Below are positions 1 through 13,431 of a stretch of DNA of 64,000 nt, piece after piece (the stretch's first letter is position 1; each line of letters begins with the position of its first letter). A program made the translations under genes and the position numbers. Source of the stretch: Camelus ferus. Lineage: Eukaryota. Below the pieces are notes generated by a model. That model saw only the letters and a list, made by a program, of their open reading frames with translations. It did no database searches and had not been told where the DNA came from. The stretch is taken from positions 55,490,001 through 55,554,000 of the forward strand of contig NC_045705.1 of the NCBI RefSeq assembly GCF_009834535.1. The letters run 5' to 3'.

Positions 1-1155
1 AATGTATTAGAAATTATTATTATTATTATTTATTATTATATTATTCTACACTCTGCAAAAGTATCATTTATTTCTCTCTAAGTATTTTGAGTCTCTTTTA
101 AATGGTGGCCATGTGGCTTTAAGGGTAAGTATCTTTTTCACTGTGACAACTCTAGGATTTTCAGCCTTCAGTCTTCATGCATCTTGAAATATTTGCACTA
201 TACCCACCATCATTGTCTAGAAGTGATAGAAAAAATATCTTCTGAATTTAATGAATTCCTGTATTTGGGCACCAGATCTGTGCTCCATAAACTGTCCAAG
301 TCCTTGTTCATGACTTCCTCCTATGTTCCCAGAGGAACTGCCTTTCAGAGGTAGGCAGTCAAAGATTTCAATATCAAACTGACTTTTATAGCTAGAATCA
401 TTAACAGAGCATTCTCAAAATTTTCTCTCTAAAAGATGATTGTGAGACACTGGAATTAGCTGAGACAAGCAAGGGAGTTGAGTCTAGAAATTTTTTTAAA
501 TGTGGAATTAGTTAAAATGCAGATCAAACTTTTAAGCTTAGGAGTTTTCCATTTTTCCCTTTTCGTTGGAATTTCTCTGAGAATTGGAGATTGTGTCTTT
601 TGTTCATATTCCCCTGGTCCTGTACTCCAAATATAAGGCTTCTGCCGCAGGGATAATAAATGAGTGACTCTAAATATTATTTTGTACTTTCCCTGTCCCT
701 TCTCACTGCCCCCCAACCCAGTCACTCTTAACCTCTCATTTCCCCTTAAAGACACAAGTACATACACACCCACACCTACACACACCGCGGCCTTGCCTTG
801 GCAAAGCAGTGGGTAAGTTATTGTTTGTGCTTATGTTCTCGCCGTGTGGAAACGTTCCACCTCATTTTACTTGCATTCAGTGTGTGTTGTGAGAGTTCTT
901 TTGTATACATATTATCATATACAATTTTCCCAACTACCATGTCAGAAGGGAGGGAGTATGTTATTATTTTCATTTCATTGGGACTAATAGCTTTGCTTTA
1001 GAATTAGCGAGAGCAAGAAGTTCTCCTGTGTCTTAGCCTGTCGAAGAGTTTTGGCAGCTAATTTGTCAATATGACATATTTTTCTCACTAGCCAACTCCC
1101 CCTGGAACAGCATCCACTTAACTTTTTTTTTCTTATACCCACCAGAGTCAGATGA

Positions 1156-2133
1156 TCAGAGGGGTTTCTGACCATAGGCCGTGGTTATGGTCTCCTTCCT
1201 CCAGCCCCTATATTTGGTCAATTTGTCCCGAAACTCCTTGGTTTTCACTGCATAAATAATAGGATTGAGCATTGTAGGCACAAGGAAGTAGAGGCTGCCA
1301 AGAATGGTGTGGATATGGGGTGGAATTCCCCGGCCAAAGCGGTGAGTGAGAAAAGAAAACAGTGAGGGAGTGTAAGAGATCAGCAGGACACAGATGTGTG
1401 TGGTGCACGTGTTTACTGCTTTTTGGTGGGCTTCCTTAGAAGACAGCCGCATTACAGCCCGGATGATCAGTACATAAGATGAGGCAATAGCTGAGATGTC
1501 TACCCCAGCAACCAAAAAGGCCACCACCAGACCATATATCCTATTGACTGTGGTGTCCACACACACCATCTTCACCACAGCCATGTGTTCACAGTAGGTG
1601 GTGGGGATGACATGCTTGGCATGAAAGGGCACCTGCTGGAGGAGGATGGGCATGGGGAGGATGAACAAGATAGCTCTCCCTAAACTCACTAGGCCAATGA
1701 GCCCAATGCGGCTGTTGGAAAGGATGGTGGCATAGCGCAGGGGCTCACAGATGGCCACATAGCGGTCAAAGGCCATGGACATGAGGATGGAGGACTGCAA
1801 GGCAGAGATGGAGTGGATGAAGAACAGCTGGACCAGGCATCCCTCATAGCTGATCTCACTCTGGCCAAACCAGAAGATGCACAGTGCCTTGGGGATGGTG
1901 GTTGTGGACATGCCCAGGTCTGTGAGGGCCAGCATACAGAGCAACAGGAACATGGGCTTGTGCAGGGAGCGCTCTGCGGAGATGGTGAAGATGATGGTGC
2001 AGTTCCCGAGGATGGTGATGAAGTACATGGATGAGAAGGGAATAGAGATCCATCTGTGTTTGTCCTCCATCCCAGGAATACCTTGGAGAAGGAAGAAAGA
2101 GGGATGGCCCTGGGAGGCGTTGCAACCCGTCAT
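1156..2133 (-). CDS. Class I olfactory receptor, OR52 family, intact, 325 aa
   Basis: Single-exon ORF with OR motifs (LHKPMFLLL, MAFDRYVAICEPLRY, YCEHMAVVK, KAVNTCTTH, LNPIIY). The track start at 2154 is GTG directly after a splice acceptor (ttctcttccaag on minus); the first ATG is at 2133. Confidence 0.95.
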   Translation of the reverse strand: MTGCNASQGHPSFFLLQGIPGMEDKHRWISIPFSSMYFITILGNCTIIFTISAERSLHKPMFLLLCMLALTDLGMSTTTIPKALCIFWFGQSEISYEGCLVQLFFIHSISALQSSILMSMAFDRYVAICEPLRYATILSNSRIGLIGLVSLGRAILFILPMPILLQQVPFHAKHVIPTTYCEHMAVVKMVCVDTTVNRIYGLVVAFLVAGVDISAIASSYVLIIRAVMRLSSKEAHQKAVNTCTTHICVLLISYTPSLFSFLTHRFGRGIPPHIHTILGSLYFLVPTMLNPIIYAVKTKEFRDKLTKYRGWRKETITTAYGQKPL

Positions 2134-4439
2134 GGTGACACCCTGGTGAAGCACCTTGGAAGAGAAATCAAGAAACTATATGAGCCTCAATTTTAAAAAG
2201 AATTTAAATTTTCAGAGTAGAAACAAAAATTGTAATATTAAGATACATGAAAATGATTCTGAAATCATGATAATGTGTATCATTTAGTATAGTACTATGC
2301 TGTAGTATTAGAGTGGTAATAATACGGCACAACAACATTAATATCTGAGAGAATATATTTCATTGTAAGTGTTTTATTAAGGACAAATTGATTCATTATT
2401 CATTAACAAAACGTCCATTAAATTTACAAGAATAAATTATGTTATTTTTGAAATCGTATCCACTTAGAGACTATAACTCAAAGTATGTGAAACAAAAATG
2501 GGTAGAAATACAAAGAGAGATAGACAAAAAATCACATACCTTTCTCAACAAACAAGAGGTCAGCTAGGTCAGAAAATAGACTGTTTACAAAATAAGAGGG
2601 TTTAAAAACTTACAGTAGAATTCTTATCCAACACCTAAGGAGTGCATATCTACTGCAGATTTGGGAATTATGGAGACCTTTATGATGAGAACTGTATAAT
2701 AATGATTAAGAATGAAGTAGGCAATGGGGTTCTGGTCACCTGAAGCTCAGGGAAAAAGCAACCAGAATGTGAATATAAAGCCTAGAATCACCTACCTGAA
2801 TGTGAGGCAGTGAGAGAGTGCAAAGCTAGCCCCACACACCTTCAGATATGTGTGTATGAGTTTATACACATGTATGAAGGTATATCTTAACAAGCATCCA
2901 TGTGGCTCTTGAAAGGCACACTCCTGGCCCTGCATCTCTCCACTCCTCACTCTCAGGCACCTAGAATCCGTGGCTCTTTAAGTAACCTTGGTAAAGGCCC
3001 TCAGGGTGCCCAGAATTAGCTCTCTGTTACTCCTTCATTCCTGAAACATACACACACACCAGGTACCACAACTGTTATGCATAAGATTGACCTTGGAGGT
3101 TGCCCTGAGTTCCCAGGAGATAATGCTGATTGACTTTAGGGATGGTGGGAATGTTCCAGTGTTTACCAGGCCTAGAAGCCTGAGAGGGGGGAGTTGAAGC
3201 TAAAAGCTGAGTCTGGAACTAGGTTAGGGTTTGGCAGTTTGGGTATCCCAAAGGCCCTCCTTCCCATACATATGTGCACGTGACAGCCAGGGAGGGCTTT
3301 CGTCCGTGGCTGCAGTATTCAGGGTCGTGAAGTGGTCAGAAGTACAATCCCTGTTGATGGAAACGCTGGTGAAATAGTGTTAGCAGCCTCCAGTTTGATC
3401 TAGCCCTAGCCTCTTTCTGACTTTCACTCTAACTTTTTCTCAGGCTAATAGTGTAGCTCCAGACACTCCCCAGGACATTTTCTTCAATACTCAACCCCTC
3501 ACTCAGCACCCATAGCCTCTCATGTCCCAGCATCCTCTCAACCTTTGGGTCCAGATGTGACCATATTTCTTTACTCATTAGTCTTGAGGAAGCAAGGTAT
3601 CAAAGTTTGTCAAAAAGCATGTTGCCAAATGCACAAGACAAATCACAAAGTCTTGCGAAGACTAAACAGAAGTGACTCAGAGAGCCAGATTCTAACTTCT
3701 GATGTACTGTGTTCTGCCTCCAGACAGGCTCTGTAGGGAGACTGTTCAGAGCCAGGGGTCAGTAAGAGTGAAACAGTGACAGAGGAATGTGAATGACAAA
3801 ATAAATGTGCTGGGTCAATTAACATCAGTAGAAAGAGTACATCAACATAAACAGGCAAACACAGATGCACCTGCTCCTGGACACATCCACACAGCTTCCC
3901 CTAATAACATGCACAAGTCCTGGGCTCAGTCATTCTTTTTTCCCCTCTGTCCCACAGTGGTCCTGAGGGGTTCTAATGACAGGCAGCAAACCAACATAAT
4001 CATTTCTTCCCAGCCTTGCTCCCATTATTATATCTTTAGTACTGTCAAATACCTGCATACAACTGATAAAGAAACTTTTCTTGCAGAATATGCCCCAAGT
4101 TCTATCAAGTATCGTCCGTTATCGGTCAAAACTTCTGACCTTACCTTGTGGATAATTACACTACTCTGGGACAAGAGCCCCAGTCTCATTTCTCCCCAAA
4201 TCCTGTGTCCCTATCATTAGCATCGTGTATGCACACAGTGGGCATATATATGTGTCAATTAAATGGATAAATGAATGAAGAAGCAAATAAATAATGTCAT
4301 TTCAATATGAGATAAATATGTATCCAATTCATAAGATCTTACATACTTTTGTTTTCCTGTGTATATAGAAACCTAAAGTATCACTGTGTTTGAAGGCTAT
4401 ACCTTCTCCTTAAATACATTTATAAATTCTTGACAAATC

Positions 4440-5330
4440 CAAGGAAATTTCAATGATTTGTTTTGCTTGCAATCTTGCCAGAATGATTCTGAAATTCATG
4501 CGTATAAACAAACATCTAAAGATAATAATGATAAAACAGAGGGGAGCTTACCCTAATGTTCTCACACAAGGTTATCTTGTTCACTCGTGCAGGGTGCCTC
4601 AAGGGATGACACTGAGGCATGGCATTTCTGGTTTGTGAGGTATGCATGTCTCTAACTTGGCCAAATAATTATCAGTTGATCTTGCAAGTGGTTGATGCTC
4701 ATTTAGTTTCCCATTAGCAGTGAATAGGTATTCATATTTCTCTATATCCTCACTAATTTTTACCATTATCTGAGTTTTGTTCTAAATATGCCAATGTGAG
4801 GGGTGTAAAAGTGGTTTTTATTGCATTTTCCTTAGTACTCCCATGGTTGAGGTTTGTTTTATAAATTGATTGTCCATATATCTTCTGATAAGTGTATGTT
4901 CTTATCTTTCACTATTTCCATTTTTCCTATTTTTCTACCATTTTTATATCCATGAACTTTGTAATATATATCTTAATATTTTGATCTTTAAAAATCTTTC
5001 AATTAATTTATTAATTGTTTAACATTGATGCCATGTACATTTCTGTTAAATTAATTGTAAGTACCATAGATTTTGTTGCTACTATTATAACTTTTAAAAT
5101 ATTTATTTCTAATGGTGTCTTTATATAAAAATGCAATTAATTAGTTTGGGGTTTTGTTTATTTACTTCGAGTTCAGCAAATTTCTTGAAATATCATTAGT
5201 CCTAAAAAAGTCTACCTTGAGTCTTACGGGTTTTCTCTATAGAAAGATCATGTCATTTGTTAATAATGATTAACAATAATATCTTTTTTCTTTTGTGATC
5301 TTAAACCTCTATCTTTTCATTGCTCTATTA
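4440..5330. mobile_element. Old degenerate L1 fragments
   Basis: cttgccagaatgattctgaaattcat (sense) and T-rich antisense ORF2-like blocks. Confidence 0.5.
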
Positions 5331-6184
5331 TGTCAATTTGCATAACATTAGCAGGAAACTCTGTGTCCTGGAGATTCTTATATACTCAAAATAGTGACTA
5401 AATGAGAAAAAGAAAAAGTCAGGATGTGTTTATATTGGCTCACAAAATAATCTGCGTGTAAGGTTTATCACACTGACGGTATCAGGAAAAACATAAAGAT
5501 AATCAGTGGCTATAAAGTGAATATATTAGCTACGAAGTGTCATTTTGAAGGAATTTGTTGAGAAACTTGTGCCATAGCTTTCCCATTGACATATGTGCTT
5601 CCAGACTTCACAGTAAGTCACCCAGCAGTCACCTTCATCTATTTCGAATCTAATCCCATATCCAGAGGACCCTGAGCTCTCATACTGTCTCTGGCCAAAG
5701 GCTAACACTCTTATTGCAAATAAATACTCTTGGTCTAAGAAAGTGTGAGCAATCAATCAATCAATCAATGTGTGTGTGTTTGTTTGTGTTATTCTCAATT
5801 TCCTGAGGCTATAAGTAAATAGTTCTTTTTTGACCACTTTCCCTCTACTTCCAGCACATGGAATTTTTGTACATAAAGAGAATCTCTCTCCATGGTTCTT
5901 ACCATCAAATGTACTACATTGCCTCCTGACCTTTCCCTGGGAAGAGTCAAGACCCACAGAGCCATTAAAGTTCACGAACGTCTTTGCAGGAAAATAGTGT
6001 TCTATGTATTTAGCAGGTATAAATGTTGTTCTAAACACCTCAGAAACTCTCAGATAATAAACAGTACTGGCTTGTTAAGATTAGCAGAAACAGCACCTCT
6101 AGTCCAAGGATAAGAGGTACTTGAGAAAGTAGAAAATTAACTATAATTTTACCCCGTTCGTCCTTAGGGTATGGAGAGAGTAAA

Positions 6185-7135
6185 CTACCTCCTCCCCATA
6201 AAAAAGTCCAATATTCTCAGGCGGATCTGTCTGGTGTTGACGCCGTAGACCAAGGGGTTGAGAACAGGGGGTAAGAGGAGATAGAGATTTGCGAGTACAA
6301 TGTGGACACGAGGAGGTACTCGGTGACCAAAGCGGTGAGTGAGAAAGGAAAAAAAAGCAGGTACATAGAATACAAGAATCACACAAATGTGGGCTCCACA
6401 AGTGCTAAATGCTCGGAATTGGGCATCCTTTGAGGGCAGGTGCAGCACGGCCCGCAGGATCAGGCCGTAGGAGGTGGCGATGAGGACCACATCCATGCCA
6501 GTGACTGAGAGTGCCACAGTAAGACCATAAATGGTGTTGGGCTTGATGCTGGCACAGGCCAGCCTGGCAATGCCCATGTGCTCACAGTAGGTGTGGGGGA
6601 TGACGTGATGTCCACAGAAAGGTAAACGTTCAATGAGAATGACAAAGGGGAACACAAAGAGAAGGCCACGGATCACGGATGCCAGGCCAATCTTCCCAAT
6701 CACCATGCCATTGAGGATGGATGTATAATGAAGTGGACGGCAGATAGCCACATAGCGGTCAAAAGCCATAGCCAGCAGAACAGCGGATTCCGTGGCAAAG
6801 GCTGTATGAACAAAAAACATTTGGGTGAGGCATCCATGGTAGGAAATTTTGTGGGACTTAAACCAGAAGATTGTTAGCATTTTGGGCAATGTGGTTGAAC
6901 AGAGCACCAGGTCCGTGATGGACAGTAAACACAGGAAGAGGTACATTGGCTTGTGCAGAGCCCTCTCCTTCACGATGGCGTAGAGGATGGTGCCGTTGCC
7001 AACCAGAGCAAGGATGTACATGGAGCAGAAGGGGATGGCAGCCCAAAGGTGCTGGTCTTGCATCCCCGGGATTCCAAGTAGAATAAATGTGGATGGATGG
7101 AAGGCAGTGTCATTGGAGATGGATGCAGAAAGCAT
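6185..7135 (-). CDS. Class I olfactory receptor, OR52 family (resembles the OR52U/OR52D group), intact, 316 aa
   Basis: ATG to stop ORF with LHKPMYLFL, MAFDRYVAICRPLHY, HTYCEHMGIARLAC, AFSTCGAH, PPVLNPLVY. Subfamily is from recall only. Confidence 0.96.
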   Translation of the reverse strand: MLSASISNDTAFHPSTFILLGIPGMQDQHLWAAIPFCSMYILALVGNGTILYAIVKERALHKPMYLFLCLLSITDLVLCSTTLPKMLTIFWFKSHKISYHGCLTQMFFVHTAFATESAVLLAMAFDRYVAICRPLHYTSILNGMVIGKIGLASVIRGLLFVFPFVILIERLPFCGHHVIPHTYCEHMGIARLACASIKPNTIYGLTVALSVTGMDVVLIATSYGLILRAVLHLPSKDAQFRAFSTCGAHICVILVFYVPAFFSFLTHRFGHRVPPRVHIVLANLYLLLPPVLNPLVYGVNTRQIRLRILDFFMGRR

Positions 7136-7429
7136 AATGATGCAGAGAACCAGCCTTTATCTTAACAAAAATTGTTAGAAAATGAAATAAAGTGGACCCA
7201 GATGCCATTTATTCCTCCTACAAATCCATTTAATTTCCTGCCTCTTTTCCATTTTCACTAATTCTATTCTAAAGCATGCCTTTCTCATTTCTTTCTTGGG
7301 TTATTAAAATAGCTTGTAAATCATATGCCCACTTCTAGGAATTCCATCTTCTAGTGAAACCTCTGCATTGCTACCTAATGTTCTAACATGTGAAAATCAT
7401 CAACTTAATACCAATATAACCTTTCTTAG

Positions 7430-7880
7430 TGTATGCTGTGCAGAATATCTTGTGTTATCTTCCTCTGGTCTACCCTCCACTGCTTCCCGTCTTGTTCTGG
7501 GCCCTGGGACACTGGGCTACATCGACAGACTCCCCTGCCCTCTCACTTCTGGTTGGATCTGGCAATGAGAAACACCAACAGGAGACTGGAGGGAGGTCAG
7601 GGGTTTATTCCTCCAGCTCCCTCCCAGCAGGGTTGCTGCAAACTGGCTGTATGTCTCTGCAAGCAGCTTTCTCTGGTTCTGGGTTTCTCTTCTAACCGTA
7701 TTCTCCTCTTGTCCTTTTAGTCCAGGGGTTGTGACGGTAACTGCTGTCACTAATCCAGGAACTTCACAAGCACCCGATATTTTCTTACATTTGCCCACAC
7801 CTTTGAAAGTGGTTTCCGTATTACACTATCCTGAAATTCCCTAATTCTGGCACATTCTGTTTCCCTCTAGGATTTTGATA
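7430..7880 (+). mobile_element. ERVL-type solo LTR (LTR33-like)
   Basis: gtccttttagtccaggggttgtgacgg...tgcccacacctttg resembles the LTR33 3' part; recognised from memory. Confidence 0.45.
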
Positions 7881-10664
7881 TGAAAGCATGCAAAACTCTT
7901 CTTGCTTTTGCCCACATATCTAGGATTACTGACCAACACACTGCACCACATACTGCATGGTACAATCATGTCTAAGTGTTTTGAAATATCTAAAAGCATG
8001 TTTAACACACCTGCATGACTTATGGTGCTTTTTTGCACAGAATGGATATTCCCATTTGGGCCCTGACAAGTAGCTACTAGTCCTTCAAAACTCACATGAG
8101 TACATATCCCTCCATGAATCCCTTCTGCTACAGTAAGAGAATGATACAGCTTTATCTTAACTCCCTTAGGAAGTATAAACTTGTTTTATAATTATGGGTA
8201 TGCCTCTTGCCCCACTACACTAGGAAATTTCTGAGTCCTTTTTTTTTCTCTATATCCAGCATCACTTCTTTATATATACTAGGTCAATAAATAATGTTTG
8301 ACAAGTAAATAGATAAAGGACTGAATGCAGCAATTGAAATTTTAATAGACTTGGATAAGTTACCATGGTAGGAAGATAGTGTTTGTTCTTGGAAGTCCTT
8401 ACAGAAGATCTTTCCTCACCAGATCTATAATCCCTATCACGTTCTTTTCAATCTGTATATTCCAAGAGATTCTCCTTATTAGCTCTTCAATACATTTATA
8501 ATCTAATCTATCTATATAGCAAATTTCTATCACTTTCTTGATTGGTCACATGCATTTTCTGATTGATTGCTGAGCATTTTTCTCCTCTCTCCTAAGGTTA
8601 GGCAATGACACATCCTTTGTCTCCACGTGCTCTGTCTCTGCCAGCACTAAACTAAACATGGGATGGGTCCTTCTGCAGTGTCTTGATCATGAAATATTAC
8701 AATCCATACCTTGTCCTTATTTCTCACTTTATGCTAAGTGTGCCCATGTGAAGATTTCCTCTTCTACTCCTTTTAGGGAAAGGCATATCCATGGATCACA
8801 GAAGGACTGTTTAAGACCCATTCTAGAAAGCAACTGTTTAACTCCATTTTGTATTTATTTGTGCCCCTTCGTGGTGTATAGGATTGGTAGGCATCTTAGT
8901 GCTTGCTCCATTATTCCAAAAGAACAACAAGACACTCATTCATAAATGCACTCACAAGTACAAACTCATGCTTACGCATATAAGATAACCTAAAACTTTC
9001 TGAGGTGGCATGTCAAATTTTAATCTCCAGGTGGCTGGCCCTAGTATGGTGTGGCCAGTCCTAAGTCTATCATGACCATTGATTCTCTTTAAATTGTTTT
9101 ACATCCTTAGCAATTAGCATTTTGACTTTCAGAAGAACCTAGAAACATTTTAGGGAAAGCAGTGGGAGAAGCTCCGTTAAGCTCCTAACAGACACTTCTC
9201 TTTCATGCCATTCTCTTACCATAAGTGTCGGCTCTTAGAATCTATATTCAAAGTTCTAATCTTAGCCTTTCTCATTTCCTGGAGCTCACTTTCCCCCCAT
9301 TTCCTTCTGTCCTCTCCACCACCTTCATTTTTCATCAGCTCTACCCGCTACTAGCTTTACTCCCTCATAGATCTACGTTGCTCACCACCGGTTTATACCT
9401 TGCAGGTCCTGGTCCTGGAGCCATTTTGCAAAGGAAGGGTAAAAACCAGAGAGTGCAGAAACACAGCAAGTAAAAAAAAGACCAAAGAACAAAAGAAGTA
9501 GTCCTGGGGTCAGAAAGGACAGACACAACCACAAAGGGGATGGACATAGGATCATGCTTCCAGTAGAGAAGAACCAACACAGTGCCTGGAGGAGTGGAGT
9601 GCAAATGTACTTCCTTGTCCTCTCCAGGGATTCGAGACACGTTAGAACAGAGAACCTCTGAACCAGAGGGACATATGGGTCTCAGGTCCCAAGGCCCCAA
9701 GTCAGTCTAAGATATGAGCAAGAATTAAACCAAACTAACACTTCCCAGCTTAGGACTTTTACACCCCTGCTCATATTAATGCGGTTTGGCAATTTTGGAA
9801 TCTAGAATGGTAGCATATCTGAGTCTCAGCAGGGTTTGATCTAGCTTGATCAGTAATTTGATTAAAAAATAACTCTGGCAAGTGTCAGATTTACCATGTC
9901 TCCAGGTCCAGTCTAGAACTCCTAAAACTTCTTGTGCAGGGACTGTTTCATTTTATTTTGAATCCTAGCAAAAGCTTATTTCACAGTGTATGATTAATAA
10001 ATGTCTATTGAATTGAAATGAGCCTGCTTCTAGCTTTAGACAGTAAACCCTGGCAAAATTTCTCACTGCGGCTGCCATTTTTCTCAGGTGGGAAGAGGTC
10101 TCTCTTTTTAGATATTTACTGCAATGTTTAGTCTTGCTTGGCAGTTCTCTCCATCTTCCCTCAGTAGAGAATCATCACTAACTTTGTGTTCAGCCCATTG
10201 TTTAGAGTACAGGCTAGTAATTAACTTGTGTGGGGCAAATATCTAACACAACGTACATATAAGTCTGAAAATCATAGATAACCAGCCTGGTATAGTCTTA
10301 TTCCGCCAACAGGAAAACCCTTCATACAACCTCCCATCCACTCAACCAGGAAGTCTACTTTCATTCAATGTCTAGTGGAATTTATCCCTTGTTCCACTCA
10401 ACTCTTCCTATGTGCTCTTACAAAATACTGAACTGTTCTGGGAGTGTTTCATTTCCACATCTATGTAAAAGTAACAATAACTTGGGAGTGCTTCATTTAA
10501 AGAAGAGCTCTGAGAAATAAGTGGGATAACAACTATTACCTTATTATGGATAAAATAAGTCTTTCGCCATGACTACTCATAATTTCCTCTCTGATTAGAT
10601 TGACTTATAAATCCAGGTGGACTTCCATCATGCAAAATAGGGATTTCATTCATTACTTAAAACT

Positions 10665-11060
10665 CATTTGTTTCAATTCTTTTATTCAGCAAGTACTTAT
10701 TGCATACCTGTTAGAGACTAGGAACTTTGCAAGTGATTAGAATGTGATGGTAAACACAGCAGAAACTAAGCTGGTCCTTGATGACACAATGTAGGGTGTA
10801 GACATTAAATAACTATGTGCACAAGCAATTGCCTTATTAGAGTTGTGATGAGTCCTGAAATGAAAAGAACATTGTGCAGTGAGAATGTGTACAAGAGATA
10901 TTAATCTAATGTGCAGGGTTAAAGGAGGAATATCCGAGGAAGGATTCTTAATTGAAGCCTAAATAGAAATTGCCAAGCAAAGAATAAAGAAAAGCACAGT
11001 AGAAGAAACAGGAAGAAATCTGATGCCTTTGAGAAGCTGAAACTTGGTGAGTATGGTGGT
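10665..11060 (-). mobile_element. L2 fragment (a further piece lies at ~12340-12600)
   Basis: ttattcagcaagtacttattgcatacctg... resembles the antisense L2 3' terminus. Confidence 0.55.
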
Positions 11061-12691
11061 ATACTGTCTTAATTTATTAACAGTAACATCAGTCTGCCCA
11101 AACATGGTCATTTTCTACAACTTCTTCAAAATATGGGGCTAACTTTGTTAAGATTCCTGGAATATTTTTTGCAACAGAGTATATAAGAGAGGCAGTTGAA
11201 TTTAGAACCAGCTGAGTTTAGAATAAACAAACATTGACCTGAAATAATATACAATGGAATCTAAATTGGATGGAGAAGAAAGAAAAGAAAGGCAAGAGAT
11301 GATGGCATGGAGGAAGGGGTTCCTGATGAATTTTGAATATGCATGAAATCTTTATTGGAGAGCACATGGTATGTCAGGTATTTTCATAAGACAGGGTATA
11401 AGAAGATGCCTAAGACTAAGTTTTTGCCTTCAAGGTACTCATAATATAGGTGTGGATAGATAATTACACAAGCAAATAAGATGATGGCTTATAATAGTGG
11501 CATGAATAAAGCAGCCCCTACATGTGTCTCTTCTAAACTGCCTACAGAGTATTACAGACAGCAAAAAAATATCACCACTCATAAATACAATGGATCTTAT
11601 TTTAGAATGATAGTCTTACTCTTTACTTCTTACTCCTAAGGAATTTAATATGTTCATCTTGATTAAATATATGGCTTTTTTTCCAGTTGAGAGTTTAGGA
11701 AATAGGTATTTTTATCCTGGGACAGTTTCTTAAGAGGAGCATGTATGGCTTCTGCTCAACTCCACCCAACACACACCGTATCCACACCAAGTTTGTGGTT
11801 CTTTTGTTTCTGTTTTTGTTTTTTGTACAATAACAAAACACTGGCTATGATAACACAAAAGAAGAACATCACTCTTGAAATTACTTGCTCAAAGAGTCAG
11901 GGAAGAGCAAATTAATTAGAAATAAACATACACCAAGTGTGAATAAATGTAAATCAAGTGCAAGGCTCTGATTTTCATGGAAGGTTGCTCTTTTTATTAA
12001 AGTCTTCCATTCCCTGCAATGATCCTAAAGACAATACTTATGCATGATCTTGAGAACAACTGAACTGTTGAAGAGTTTCAAGATGCAAAGAGACACAATC
12101 ATATGTGGATAGTAAAATGATTGCTCTGGCTTTTATAGAGAGAGTGGATTGGATGGAGCAAGGATGTAACTCCTTGAAAAGGATAATTTTGAAATGCTCT
12201 CAAAAGAGACAGGTAATAGATAAGGGCCCAGATAGGCTGAAAGACCATGACAAAGGTGAGAATATGATGTGTATATCTCCTGTAATGACTTGTGAGCACT
12301 TCAGATTCAAATATTCAACTCAAATACTGAGTTCATTTTGTTGGAGGGTGACTTAGGGGAGATAAGGGGGAAGCCACAGGCTCCTGGTGTTAGACTTCAG
12401 GTTTGTGGTGGTGCTATTTACTATAAAGGAAAATAGAAAAGGAAGAGTATTTTTTAGGGAGGAAGTTAGTGAATTTCTAGGTCAGTTTTGGAGAAATTAA
12501 GTTTGAAAAGTTTAGGAACCATTCAAGTGAGTAGATATCTAGGGAGAAATTGGATAAAGAACTCAAATTTAGACAGATCTGGGTTTGGATCTTAAATATC
12601 TATTTGTCTTTCTGTAGTCTTTGTAAGTCTCTGTTTTATTTCCTCATTTGTGAAATAAATTACCTAGTGTTACCTTTTCATAATTCTTTTT

Positions 12692-12830
12692 AAATTAAAT
12701 CAAATTTTAAATTTTAAAAATTAAATCAAATTTTTAATTTTTAAAATTAGACCAAATTTAAAAATTTTTAAATTAAATATAATTTTAAAATACATTTTAA
12801 ATTAAATGTAATCATTTCAAATTAAGTTAA
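12692..12830. repeat. Degenerate AT-rich ~26-bp minisatellite, about 5 units
   Basis: aaattaaatcaaattttaaattttaa repeated with decay. Confidence 0.7.
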
Positions 12831-13431
12831 ACTTGTAAAATATGGGCCAAGGGTAGTGAAAAAGTTTTGAAGCATGCGATTGAAGAAAACAGGTGCAAAA
12901 GATAATCAGCTCTATGAAATTTGAGGTGGGTAGGGGAAAAAAAGTAAAGCAAGTGAAGGACAGAGGAGGAGGGATTAATAACATACAGAATCAGGACTGA
13001 AGTGTGAGCTGTAAGTTTGGTAGTCGTAACAGAAAGAATTGATAGCTACTTAAAAGGGAAGGAGGCTTTGTCTTTGATTCAGAAACTGAGAAACACAGGG
13101 GTGAGTTGCATGTTAGAAAATATCTAACCTTCAAATATCTCAAAATGAGAAATAGGAAATACATAAACCTTAATCTTAACGCTCTTCTGTACCCATCATC
13201 AGCTTCTTCATACAAGTTATGAAAAAACTAAACCAAGAAAATTCTTGATTTCCTAGAAGTCCCAAAGACTTTCTTTCTCCCCTCTCCCTCCTGCTTATTC
13301 TTTGTACATGAGTAAAGCTATAAAATTTCAAGTTAAAAGTAGTTACAACTATATGCTTATGTCTTCCTGCATTATACAAAAATTCATCTAACTGATTTTA
13401 CCTAAATATCTCCTTCAGGGGTCCTCCCCAC

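Noticed and set aside
805-820. Plus-strand GGGTAAGT donor-like sites (also near 124)
   Set aside because: No matching plus-strand exon or gene found downstream in the window
1813-2149. Antisense and alternative-frame ORFs overlapping OR and TRIM exons
   Set aside because: Shadow ORFs of genuine coding sequence
9365-9700. 111-aa hydrophobic ORF as an OR fragment
   Set aside because: No OR motifs; likely chance ORF
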